DNA of 63,486 bases, the filler included, from Pelomyxa schiedti (Eukaryota; Protista; Evosea), in NCBI GenBank assembly GCA_020536535.1. It is 4 parts of 4 records of this genome, joined end to end, with 100 filler letters (N's around TTAATTAATTAA, not from the genome) between each part and the next. Parts side by side here need not be neighbours in the genome. Positions count along the whole stretch, not along the records: positions 33,369 to 57,570 come from JAHLWZ010001054.1; 3 more parts are not named here. One strand, written 5' to 3'. Below, one piece after another: positions 41,001 through 54,000 of this stretch; the stretch's first letter is position 1, and every line of letters begins with the position of its first letter. Below the pieces are notes generated by a model. It was not told the DNA's origin, did not search any database, and saw nothing but the letters and a program-made list of their open reading frames with translations. Made by a program: the position numbers and the translations under genes.

Positions 41001-44000
41001 TGTCATTCAGCACACCCAGTCACTGTTACAGTCTGAAAAATATTCCAGTTGAGGATAGTATAAGTCAGTGAAGTGGGATTAATTGTTGCTTCGGTGGTAT
41101 CACTCACATCAAGGGGAATAACTACAGAAGCTTGTGGAAGACCTGCTTGGGATTTACTCCAAAGTCAAGAACTTCCCGACTTACACTGGAGCTTGCAAAT
41201 GAAAGTAACAGAAGAACCACTTTCAGATGTTTGGGAGACAGAGCTCGTTCTAACAACTTGCATTCCAATTGTGTCGTTGTCCGTATTGATGACAGTGACC
41301 TCTTCCTTTAGATTCTAGAAGTATTTGAAAATGTAATAACTTCCCCCTTAAGAACTAGAATACATTGTAAAGAGAGTCCAGAGACGACGAGGGACCAAAA
41401 ACGAGTTTGCAAGTGACATTTCCATCCACATAAGGATCATCAACTCTGAAGCAAGTTAATACGGTGTGGTGGTGAATGGTTCTATACCCAAAGACTGTAA
41501 GGAACTGAACGGTGGCCCAATTGCCAGGGGTGAAAGAGATAATGGAAGTGGACAATACACATTCTGTAGTATCATTGGAGCTTACTGATACCGTGACTCC
41601 AGCCAACGGTTGAGATGTAAGAGAAACACCGATGGAGGCTTGTTGACCACCCTCAGATACCACCAGAGGGAAGGTGTACTGTAGGGAGATCTATTTTTGT
41701 GTGAGTCACAGGGTGGTAAAATCAAGAGTCTTACTGAGGCATGGTCATTGTCACTATTAGCAAGTGTGAATGGACTTCCAGTAACAGCCAAAGAATTGTA
41801 TAATGTATCCGACGAAGTAGCAGGCCCAATTTTTATTGTGTACAAGACAGTACCATCAACAACAAAGTCATCCAGCCCCGTAATTTGGATCTACTGTGGG
41901 CATCAGACTGGAGATGGACTTTTGGTTGGGAATACATTTTGGCGAGTGAGCCAATTTGCAGTTGTAAATACAAGAGGTGGCAAAGGAGTGATACTCGCTT
42001 CCGTACTGTCAGATAGAGAAAAAGGTACAGTAACACTATCAGCAGGCATTGTATTCAGTTGAACCTTGCTTTAAATTATGTGCGGAAAAAAGAAGGTGTG
42101 TGGGTACTGAGGCAACAATGCTGGTGCCGCTTTCGGTGGTAGTATTTCCAGAGAACACAACGGTGATTCCTGGGGTATCATTGTCTACATTCAGAATCTA
42201 AGAGAAGTGGGTAATTTGCAGTCATGTACTGTCCCTAGCATACAGAAATCGGGGCAATTGGGATAGATTGGTAGTTAGGATCAGAAGAAGTTGTCGAACA
42301 CTGCACTGTGTAGTACACGTTTCCATCTACAATTACATCATCCTGGCCAATTACTTGGGTGTACTGCCAAGAGTTCCATGTTGTGGGGGAGAGGTATGCA
42401 TCACCAGCAATAATCCTGGATGATCGCATTAAATTATGTGAAGGTTGGCGTTAATTTCTCACCCCTCAGAGGTGTCATCTGACACACAGGTAATAGTCAC
42501 AAGATCTGTTGGCTGGCTGTCAAGTTTGAAGCCCAGGTCAAAGACCGCTCCACTCTCTGAAGTCGTGCAGGGGCAGGGTGTCACTTGCACTCCACTGTGG
42601 TCATTGTCAACATTTGTAATGAACGTTGTTGTCACAAGATTGTTGAATAACGGATCAAGGGAAGCAGACTAAAGAAAACAATGAGAGAAAGACTAAATGG
42701 CAAAGGCCAACCTGGAACACCAACGAACATGTGGTGTTGCCGTCAGCAACAAAGTCATCAACACCAGTAACAGTGAACACTCTGTTTTAAAAAGGTATTA
42801 GGAACCAGCAGTAATCTGGTGCCACATACAATGGGCTGAGTGAGGTAGCAACAGTATAAATTGCACGTGAAGGGGAGATGATACACTCTGATATTGGATT
42901 GGACTGTGCTGTTATATTGACAGGAAATTGTGGCTGACAACTGAGAGAGAGCGTGATGGAGGTACTGCTTCCCGATTCAGAAGTGATAGGATTTAGACAG
43001 GAAGAGTGAAGGGCAGGGATGTCATCATCAAGATTTTTCCCAGTGAGGGGAGGTGGAGTGCTAATGAGAGCCTAATTAGTTTGTAGTATTATATAATCAG
43101 TTAAACGCATACACGCCCGAAAACAGGGGGTCGGAGCTAGTCAAGAAAAAGTTCACAGAGAATGGTTGGGAGCCATCAACAATATTATCATTGACACCTG
43201 TAACCCAGACACTTTGTACAACGTTCCAGGATGTAGGGGAAAAAGTGAGAGTGGCTGGTGCTACAGTTGCTTCAGAACTATCATTACAGCTGATACCAAC
43301 GGACACCAGGGATACAGGTTGACTTGTCAATTGAATCTGCAACAAAGGTAAGTAGAAATCGGGAAAAAACCTGAAAAGATGCTACATACATTGATTACTT
43401 GAGAGGTACCATTTTCTGATGTGAGCAAAGGGGTCACCATGGATATCAGCAGTGCTGAAAGAGATTATCATATTTACGAAGTAGCTTTGAGGATAAACCT
43501 GGACAGAGCGACTTGGAATATGACGAACATGGAGTTGTCCAAGCACTTGTTGAGTCACCTCTCTGACAATGAGTATCCAAGCACCAACCACACCCAGTAT
43601 CGGCAATGCATAATGTGCATGTAGAAATAGCGCAGGAGTGACCTGAAGTGGTTCAAATTATCATAAATGAAAATGACATCACAACATACACGTTGCGTAC
43701 TCCCAGTTCGTGCAACTGGCAAACAGTGGGCCAGCAGATGTTCCTTCAAAGCAACGTTGTGATTCAGCACACCAACCACACGTACTATTCGCTGTACATT
43801 GCTGGCAATCAGTATAGGCACAAAGAGGGCCTAGGGAAAGGAAAATGTGAGATGCTATTGACTGTGACGAAATGTAAACCTAGTCCCCAGTTGCCAGTTA
43901 GCACTCCAGAAGTGGTATTTGAGGGAAAGGATGTGTAGGCCTTGTTATAAAGTTCGCCAATGACTGTGCATATAAGGTATCCCACAGCAGGGGGAGTGGC

Positions 44001-47000
44001 TCCCACTGTGCCGTTTATTGTTATGACAACTGTACTGTCGGTACTCTTTTTTCCCTTAGAATTCTGAAGTGATAAGAAGAATTTTACCCAATGGCCAAAG
44101 TATTGGTCACCAAGATTTTGGTTGAACTGAAACAGGGCATCAACAGCAAGCTTGCTAGAGAGCAGTGGCGAATTAGTTGGAGTATCAAAGGAAATTGTAA
44201 TTGTATCTCCCACAGAGAACACGCCATCTCTAGAAAAACAGTTAGCAATTTTACCTGATGTCAGGAAAAACCTGTTATCAGGATCACTTGCAACAAAACT
44301 GGTAATAACTGGACCGGCTAGTGTTCCCCAATTGCCAACCAGTGTCGGCGACAATCCTTGAGATGGCAGCGAGGTCTTTTCTTTCTGTTAAGCAAAAGGT
44401 TTTCAAAGTGACTGACAAACCTCAGCAGCATTTTTTATTCGAGTTTGTGTTGATTTCAGTGTGATAGTGAATGAATTGATCGCAGGATTACCAGAGCCAG
44501 TAGTATTACTAATTGTCAGCACAAGAACATCTGCTGTTGCACCCCAGCTGGCACTGCGCTCTGGCGGTAAATGGAAAACCATTAATGTTAGAGAAGAACC
44601 TGTAAGAAGAACCCAAAGACACAGAAAAAGTAAAAACAGTGTCAATTACCGATTTGGTGGAAAGTGACGGCATATTTGTTGCTGCAGAAAAAATAATTGT
44701 GATTGCATCCCCTTGAATATTCGTAAGACTGGAAATAAAATTAGTTTGCATGCCATTTGAGAAGAAGCAATCTTGGTTGTCAGGATCAGAGGCGGTGATA
44801 GATAATATGGAGGGTCCTGCTCTGTACAACAAAGTTACTTCTCAATTTAATATAACAAATTGCCTACAGTGTTCCCCAGTCTCCTGTAATTGGTGAAGAA
44901 AGGGATCTTGATGGTAGGGATATCGAGCCGTTATTCCTTACATCGCCTTGCACCCTCACAGTAAGAATGCCAATGGCGGGAGGTGTTGCTGAGGCTACGC
45001 TGGCGATGCGAATAATGCAACAGCTGGGTGTAGCCCAAACGGCATTGTAATCAGCCCCAAGGTTTTGACTGAAATAAAAGGTTGCATCAACCCTAAGTAA
45101 GGTGTTATTTGATTGGAAAAACCTCCCTTAGGGAAGAGCTGTACAGTGCTTTGGTAGAAACAGGGTTCTGGTTTGTATTCATGTTAAAGTAAATTTCCAA
45201 GGCATCGCCAACACTGTATAAGGCATCAGCATTGTCTGGATCTGAGGCAATGAAGTTTGTTATGATCGGTCCTGTAAGAGTACCCCAGTTCCCTGAAAGG
45301 ACCGGGGAAGAGGAATTGCTGGGTAGAGAAGTATTTTGGGCATTCCTGAAGGAAACGTAAGTCAATAACGAGGTGAAGGAACGAGAGACACCTGAGATTG
45401 GCAGATGGATGTATCGAAACTACAAGAACGCCAATATCTGGCCCAACAACAGAAGGGGTATTGATTGTGATAACTAATTCTGAGGCACTGTTTAACCACT
45501 CTCCAGAGTAGTCATCCCCAATGGGTTGAGAAAATGACAAAAGTGCGTCGATGTTTGACTTTGTTGCAACGGCTTGCTGAGAACATGAAAACTAAGATAA
45601 AAATTATGAGTATTAAAGAATAAAACCTTGTTCGTTGCTTCGGAAAAAAAAAGAGTGATAATATCCCCCTTCCCGTAAATTGCATCCAGATTATCAGGAT
45701 CACTGGCTACAAGTTGTGTGATGGAGGGTCCCGCTCTGAATGTAATTAGTATGAAGTATACAAGGAAAGGGATGTACTTTGTCCCCCAGTCACCTTTGGC
45801 CGTGGGAGATGATGTATTGCATGGCAAGGATGTGCCAGGTGAGTCTTTGAGGCTACTTGAAGAACATTTCACAGTGAGATTTGCTATAGTGGGGTTCGCT
45901 CCTTGTGGTCGTACAACAGTAATTCGCAGAAGGGTAGTATTCAACCATTTCCCCGTGTAGTTTGCTCCAAGGCTCTAAGTGAGGAAAAAACTTTAAAGTT
46001 GGTCCCTTGAGGAGACATTTTTACCTCTGAAAACGTAAAAAGGGAATCAATATTGGCCCTTGTCAGGTACAAGCCATATGGCGTATTTGTTGGTTCATTG
46101 AACAACAGAGTCAGTGTATCGCCAGTGCTGTATATACCATCTTGGTTGTCGGGATCATCTGCAATAAGAGAGACTATGGATGGTCCACCCCTATCACCCC
46201 TTAAAAAAGAAAGTGGGTTTGGGGCAAAACTTACTTGGTTCCCCAATTGCCAGAGAGTAATGGAGACTGGGGGTATGATACAAGAGATTTGTAGCCAGAA
46301 GACTGTATGCCCCCCGTGAAATTGATGTAGAATTTTCCAGTGATGGGGTTACCACCTGATGGATCCAGAATCTTTATGTATAGCTTTGCTGTGGACCAAT
46401 TCCCTGTATAGTTGGTTCCCAATGATGAACTAGGATGTGTTTTAAAAAAAAAATAACATATATTCAGAATCAAGCACACCTAAATTTAATGAGTGAATCA
46501 ACTTGAGCTTTTGTGGTCACAGGAGGCCTGGTCGTATCTACATTAAAGACTATCACAAGCACATCGCCAGTGCTGAAGATAGCATCACCATTATCAGGGT
46601 CAGTGGCTTTAAGAAGCGTGATGTTTGGTCCAGACCTGACATTGAAAGTGAGATGAAGGAATTAGCTTTTCGACATACAATGTTCCCCAGTTTCCAGTGA
46701 GTGGAGGGCTTGTGCCATTCGAAGGGAAAGACAAGTTATTTTGGTCTTTCAAGTTTCCAGCCTTTTTAACAGTTGCGGTTGTAGTTGAAATGATAGGACT
46801 TCCTCCCAAAGGATTCTGAATTGTGAGGCGTAACAGGCTACTTGTTTCCCATTTCCCTGTATAGTTCAATCCCAACGATTGTGTAAAGCTTATCGAGAGG
46901 AGTTACTGGTGGCAGGAAGAAAATCAAAACTTACGTCAAAAGCGCATCGACGTTGCTTTTAGTGTCCACTGCTGGCTAGTAGAACATGAGTATTCATGTC

Positions 47001-49608
47001 TTTAAAACTCCACTAAATTACAGTGTAGTGACAAAACCTGGTTTGTTGGTTCACTGAAAGTGAGGGTTATAGTATCTCCTGCACTGAATATGGCATCACC
47101 ATTATCGGGATCTGATGCTACCATGCTTGTGATCGTTGGTCCTTGTCTGGTACCCCAATTCCCTGAAAGAAAGTTAGGAAATAACACAACAGCAATATTA
47201 TCGAACCTATGAGTGGGCCGATAGTTCCATTGGCTGGAAGTGAAGTTTGAGCCTTATTCAGAATTACACCTTTTACGGTTATATTATAAATGAGAAATTG
47301 GAGGTGAACCTTTTATAGAAACGTTGCATGATCCAATTTGCACAGTTGAGCCAGTTACATTCAAAAGGGATACGACAAAGATGCTTTCTGAATACCATAA
47401 ACCAGAAAAAGAAGAGCCAAGTACTTTGTCAAAGGAAAACATTCTAAAAGTTTCAGATCATACGAAAACGAAACGGCAGGGAAATGATTACTTCAATACT
47501 TCTTGCTGTGTGAGAGAGCCACTTTGATCTGTCATCTGATCAAAAGTAATCCAGATGCAATCACCATTTGAAAGCACGATATCTTGGTTGTCAGGGTCAT
47601 TGGCAATCATAGACGTCATTACAGGTCCCTTTCTGGTTTGTGGGGTTTTTAAGGAATTAAAAATTATCCAAGTACACATACAATTGTCCCCAATTGCCAG
47701 AGAGAGAAGGTGAAGTTGAAGTGGAGCCTTTTCGGTAGTACTGATAATCATACAGTGCGCCCACAACGGTGACAGTTAGATTTCCTATCGCAGGAGCTGT
47801 TCCACACTGCCAACGAGTAAGGCTTCTTGTAGAGGATTTAATGTCAAAGAATACTTTTCCTGTTATCTCTATCTGTAACGTAGAGGCATTCTTCCACGAT
47901 CCAACCAACTGTGCGCCTAAGCATGCACTGAAAGAAAGTAAAGATGATATCTCAGCGGTTGTTGAAACTGCAGGTGTATTCGTTTCCATGTCAAATACAA
48001 TAGTCACCACATCATTCACCCCATATAATGCATCTGCATTGTCAGGATCCTTTGCAACAAAAGAGATTATTTGTGGGCCAACATCGGTGAACCTTTTTGA
48101 TGGTTATTAAAGTGGGGAACCAATCCTGGGGAGAACAAACTTGAATCTCCACATATTGCTATAGGCTTGAGTTCCAGTGCCTCCATAAATATATCTGTAT
48201 AAAAAAATGAACGCACAACATTGGGGAGGTTAGGCACACATATAGTCAGACCAGATGGAACTCAAATGGCCTTCCCTCTGCTCGGGAATAGGGTTGACAA
48301 CTGGGATTTGGGTCCAGTTGTTGAATCCTTGGTTCAAATTAGAACCATAAAAAATCATATGTTGACAAATACCAAAATTGTACATCCAAATATCATTATA
48401 CAAAATTGCTGGCACAGCCGTGTCATCTTTCCCTCCAAAAATCCACATCTTTTCAATCCCAACGACTGCAGTGTGCCCTCGTCGTGCAGGTGGTGGGTTG
48501 GATGCATTAACTTGGGTAATTTTGTCTGCAGCTTTGAAATATGAGTTACTGCCTATTGGTCATTGATACCTGGATCATAGCACCATAGAGTGTTAACAAC
48601 TTGACCAAAGCCATTTACACCTCCAAACACCCACAAATTGTTGTTGTAAGTCACTACACTGTGACCAGAGAGTCTAGAAGGCCATAGAGCTGTGATTGGA
48701 AATTAGAGTGGGCGCAATAGAAGTAATTGTCATACAGGAAGCCGTTCCCCAAGCAGATGATGGTGCAGGACCACTGAAGTCTTTAGCTGAGGCCAAGTTA
48801 GTCCCAGATTAATACATAGGAATGTACATACAGATATTATAAGTTTGAAACCATGCTTCAGGTTCGTCAGGGTAACTTGACGAAGAGCCCCCAATCACAT
48901 ACATAAAGCTACCAACCACTCCTGTTTTTGCTTTTATGAAGGGCAATGCGGCCGAGCTGGCTGCTTGGTAACTGTTGCTTGCTTTCGCAGGGTTTTAGTA
49001 GGTTGGTGGTCAGAGGATGGAATACCTATCAAATAGTGACTTGTGGCCAGGCTGCTATACCCGGACACAACAATGTGTTGATTGCTGAGGGCAGTGGAGA
49101 AATACATAGAAAGAGAAATAGGACTGCCGGGAGTCGTACTGGTCCACTGATTGCTTGCTACAATAATTTGTGAGGGTACGGAGCAAAGAGTGAACAAAGG
49201 AGTTGGGGTACAAACTGAAGTTAAATATATACAGTGTTGACGTAGCTGTTGGTGAACCACCAAAGATATACCACGAGTTTGTATTTACAACTTCCCCAGA
49301 GCCTTGTGTGCAAAAAAAATGTTAGAAATGAAACAAGAACTTCAAGTGGCTAGTTACCATAATAAAGGGCACTGGGAGCTGACGTCATACTCACCTGAGA
49401 CCATTCCCATAAACATGTACATTCACCCAGTAACACTATAAGAATTCAATGACAAATGAGTGAAAAAAAAAAAAAACGAGAAAACAAAAAGTGACAACGT
49501 ACATCCCATAATCAACAAGGCCCAGCGCCACCCAGGGGCCCACAACAGTAACGACAAAACTGCCCTCGGACGCTTCGGCGTTCCCTCACTTATGGGTTCT
49601 TCTAGCAT
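35100..49608 (-). CDS. Giant cell-surface receptor: signal peptide, Kelch repeats, DPDNxD repeats, Cys-rich region, Calx-beta/cadherin-like repeats, IPT/TIG, Cys-rich region, multi-TM region
   Basis: Signal (WALLIMGLLLG); Kelch (LWVFGG, MWIFGGKDD); repeated GPxIxxxxAxDPDNxDxxYSxGDxITxxF; repeated DND..TTESGG..LxSQP..GVDDxxVDG; LNGSNFVAGATVTVG (IPT); CHPCPRGAICPGGNRLWPDAGWW; several hydrophobic helices at 35570-36870. Confidence 0.85.
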
Positions 49609-49772
49609 TGTAGTACTGCTCCTTCCCACAATTACGCCGCGCCACCAATCTACGGTGTTGGTTTTAGTAGTGCTCCCTTTCGTCCACGACGTGCTTGCTT
49701 GGTGTGTTTTATTACTAAAAGTATTCGTTGAATTTTCATCTTCGCGTAAGCCGGTAGTGATCGAAAAGAAAG

Positions 49773-50903
49773 ATGGACACGTTTGGTGATACCGACTGCG
49801 ATTCGGGCTTGGATATTTCTAATGCAAGTACTTTTACTGTCGACATAGACGCACGGTCGCAGTTCATTGCATTTGCCTGCGGGGCCAATGTTGACAGGTG
49901 CGGCAGATCCAGCCCCGTTAGCCTGCTCATGGCGTCGCCAACTTGGATCCTCAGGCGCATCGGCGTGCTGTGGGTCGTGAGGTGCACAAGGGTCGACGGT
50001 TTAACCGAGCCAAACCAAGCCCGGCTGGTTTTGGGCCTGTCCCCGACCCTCGGAGTCGTTTGGCACCAGATCGCGTGGGAAGATGGCGAAAGCAACTGCA
50101 CCCAATTTGTGTGCCACCTGCGGGATGGGAACCTTTTGGCTCTGAGTGGCAATTATTTGGAGATCTACAACATGAGGGGCAATAGCTTTGTAAGGAGATT
50201 CCTGTGTGAAGTTCCTCGTTTGGTCACATTTAAATCATTTCAATACAATGGGAAGTGGCTGGTTTTGTTTCATTGGGCCGGCTCCAGAAGAGACAAATTC
50301 ATTCTCATGGTATGGAAAGTAATGCCTAATGGGGTGCCAAGGTTGCCTGCTATTTCACTGCACAAGCAATTCATAGCCATGTGTTATTCAGAAGGGTGTT
50401 GTTCCCTTGCTGGGGTTTTCAAACCCCAAGTCCTAGAGTTTCCATATGCTGGTGACGAAATTTTTGTGACCACTGAGCATCCAGCACAGTGCATTATTGG
50501 TGTTGATTTGGAAAAAAGCTGCTCAAGTAGTACTTTGGTGATTTCAAGGAAGCTGCGTTTGAACTGTATTCATGCTGACATTTTGAGGGTTACACCAGAG
50601 GCAATTGTGGTGCAAGGATTCTCAAGGAAACCAGATCCTCAGCTTACTATGCATGATGTAATGTTTGAAAAGAAGTACTTTTCTCACAACACTAACACTG
50701 GTGAGTGCCAACCAATTCCCAATGATTCCATCAAATTGTTACTGGGTGAGTCCCCTGCCAAAGAAGGAATTGTTTTCCACTCTGTTCCCTGCAACAAGTA
50801 CACTGTGAATGACTCAGGAACAGGAGTGACCATTGGCAAGCTTATTCCAAATACACCTAACGTATTGTTCCCTCCTGGGAATTTTTTTTGGAACTTGCTA
50901 TGA
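49773..50903 (+). CDS. Intronless lineage-specific protein (376 aa) with N-terminal ARSQFIAFACG..RCG.SSP motif
   Basis: Long ORF; motif shared with the ORFs at 57757 and 61836. Confidence 0.75.
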   Translation: MDTFGDTDCDSGLDISNASTFTVDIDARSQFIAFACGANVDRCGRSSPVSLLMASPTWILRRIGVLWVVRCTRVDGLTEPNQARLVLGLSPTLGVVWHQIAWEDGESNCTQFVCHLRDGNLLALSGNYLEIYNMRGNSFVRRFLCEVPRLVTFKSFQYNGKWLVLFHWAGSRRDKFILMVWKVMPNGVPRLPAISLHKQFIAMCYSEGCCSLAGVFKPQVLEFPYAGDEIFVTTEHPAQCIIGVDLEKSCSSSTLVISRKLRLNCIHADILRVTPEAIVVQGFSRKPDPQLTMHDVMFEKKYFSHNTNTGECQPIPNDSIKLLLGESPAKEGIVFHSVPCNKYTVNDSGTGVTIGKLIPNTPNVLFPPGNFFWNLL

Positions 50904-51017
50904 GCTGTCCTCTCCTAAAACATTTCCACTCACTTTGCTTTCGTGACTTTGTTGTTGGGGATAAATGAACGCGTTATGTATTTGCCACTTTAGGAACAAC
51001 GAAACTTTGTTGTTTGT

Positions 51018-54000
51018 TTAGGAGAGGTAGCACCCACCACCACTTGTTGATGTTGAGGGAGACTCTGATTTCCTCCACTTTTTAAGTGATGCCTTTAGCT
51101 CAGTCACCAATAGGTTCCAGTCCTCAGTGGATAGAACTGTAAGGTCAATGGTGGTAGTAGCTGGGGGTGATGGTGCCGGTGCCGCGGCGATTGTGGGATA
51201 GCTTGTAGCGGTGATGGAGTGTTTGTGGAGGAATTCCGTGATGGCGTTGATGATGGTGTCCATCACGGTTTTGTTGCTTTTCTCTTCTTTTGTTAGGCCC
51301 AGTGATGTGAGCAGCTTTTTCCATTTCTGGAATAAATGTTAGGTATAGGCCGTTTGTTTGGCTTTTTATTTATTTATTTATTTATTTGCTTTTAGTTTGT
51401 TTATGATTGTTTGTTTTGTTCCGGAAGTGAGTTGCGGTTGCGGTGTTATTGTTACTTTCCTCGCTATCCATTTAATTATTATTGTTGTTTAGTGGTCTTA
51501 CTTTCATTACTGCCGGTGGGACTGTTGTGGCTGCAGCACTAGTTTCCGTACTTGGTGTTGGGCTTTTTCCTTTCCGTTTTGATCCCTTGCTTCCCTCAGA
51601 ACCGCTGGCTACTGAACTGGAGGAGCTGGCAGCTTTTCCTTTCATTTTGGCACTTGTGGGCTTGGCGGCTGGGTGTGAACCGGAAGAGCCGCTTCCTGAT
51701 GTTACTGATGATCCCGCTTTGGGCTTACTTGCTGGAGCTGGGGTGGGTTTGGTGTGCTTTGAGCTTCCACTGCTGCCCTCACTTCCGCTTGCTTTTGGTT
51801 TGAAAGTTATCTTTGTAACTGCTTTACGGCTTCCACTGCTCGTCGTTGAGCTGGAACTAGTGGTACGTTTTCCCTTCTTTGCAGGTAGTTTGATTTTGCT
51901 GACTTTTTTCTTCCTGTCCCTCTCACTGTCATCACCCCCACTTCCGCTTCCGGTGTCACTTCTACTGTAACTCCCACTATCGCTGCGGCTCACTTTCCTC
52001 TTCAATCTTGGAGATACCGAGCGCTTCCGCTTTGAGCCCTCCTCCATAACGACCTTTTTTCTGGGTTCTGGGCTTCCACTGAGGGACCCACAGTAGCCAC
52101 TTCCACTAGAGCTAGAACTGCTGCTGCAACTGCGGCTTGGAGTGCGGGCCCGCTTCTTTTCAGATTTAGCCATGCACTCTTTTTCTTCCCGTACGGCAGT
52201 AGACCGACCGCGGGCCATCTTTGCTGTCTTTGTCTTTGCTGTCTTTGCTGTCTTCGCTACGGAAGAAACTTCGGCTGAAGATGTTGTAGATACTGTAGGT
52301 ACAGACTGTGCTTGCTGTACATAATCGGTGAGGAAACTGTGTATCTTGTGCTACAAACCTCTGGGGTCACTGGGGAACTACCATCAAGGGCTCGATATGT
52401 CGTATAGGAGGAGGCCAAGTTGTACCTAAACAAAGATATTTGAGACAATCTATGTTGGGTACATTCATACGTTGTGGACAAGTTTATAATGGCCTGTTTG
52501 ACAGCAGGGTCATGGTCTTTGCCACTTATACTTGCTTCAAGCTGTTGGATGCTCTCTTTTGCGCAAAGGCGGTGGATAATTCTTCCACTGGAGAGTGTTA
52601 GCAGCAAACCTCAAATTTAGAAGCATACTGGGTGGGTGTATTGATATCCAAGGGAATGCTTGTGGAAAGTGGTGTTCCTCTAAAGTTCCCACTCAAACAC
52701 ACGCTACGACCCTTGTTTAAAGGCTTTAGAGAGTCTAGCCCCAAGTTTTGTTTGATGTACCCATTTGGAAATACAGTTTGGGCAAATGTCATATTTACAT
52801 TGAGAGCACTGCAGTTCAGGTGCATTGTCTGTCCCATGACAGGATTTGCAGTTGAATGTTTCGTTGGCCGGAATAGCTTTAATGGGTTCTAAAGTGTGCC
52901 CATTTGGACATTTGATCTGTAGAAGGGAAACAAGTGAGAAAATAGTAAATTTAAAATGAATACCTACAGACTGGAGTGTATCAGGAAGGATGAAGGCAAA
53001 AGAACTTGTTCTGCACTGCGGTACTGCAGGTGGCAGTGTAACGGGAATGTGGTGAACCACAGAGGCAATCCAGTCTGACTGTGGTGCCGACAGCGAAGAA
53101 AAAACTCGGGCTAGCTGAATGTCCACCTTAATTTGGATAGGTTCTCCAAGTGCACAAAGTTCTAGTGCACCCCCTGTAACCCTTGCAGCACTACGGATGA
53201 AAGCGGTACTTACCTGTGGAAAATTCAAGTCAGTGTTTTTTAGTATCAGTCATATCTAACTCCTTGCCCGATTCCAATTGGGAAGAACGTAGGATATTTT
53301 TCAGGTGAACTTTTCATCTTTCGCAAAAGGATATCTGGTTGGCCGATAGCACCATCCTATTTTTATTAGTTGAGCCAAATGACATTTCAAAGGACAAACT
53401 GTAAGGAGAAATGCGATTTGCGGAGTCTCAGCCAATCTTTGAGTCATGATTTCATTAAGAACACCTGCAAGCTGACTTCCTGTTTGGGTTTGTTTGGGAG
53501 CTATTAACGGGAAGTACACTAACCTCCCATACTGGCAGATAGATTTTTAACATAACCATGAGCAGATTCAATTCCTTCTGGTGTCACTGGGTGAGGAGCG
53601 CCCGGGAATAAGAACTGTTTGTCTGTTCCAAAGGAAACAACGTTGAAACGGGTGGCCGCCGGGCATTTGGTCCCGACGCAGTTCAACCAGTGATGGGCAG
53701 CAGCAATTGCCTTTGTTCCGATATCGTTATAAAAACGAAAAACGGGAAGTATTTTCCGTTACCTGTTTAATCTGCCCGCCACTCTAAAACAAAATGAAAA
53801 GAGAAACGCAATAAAAGTTGGGGGACCATAGATGCACTGCAGTCCAGGATGAGATATATATCGACAGTCTTCTTTTGGTCAAAATCAGATTCAGGTAAAT
53901 TGGGGAAAAATGATGCCACGGCTGCAAGGGGCAACCTAAAAAGCAAGTGACTTTAATTCAGGGAGAATCACAACACACGTTTCAGAGTCTGGCCACGATT

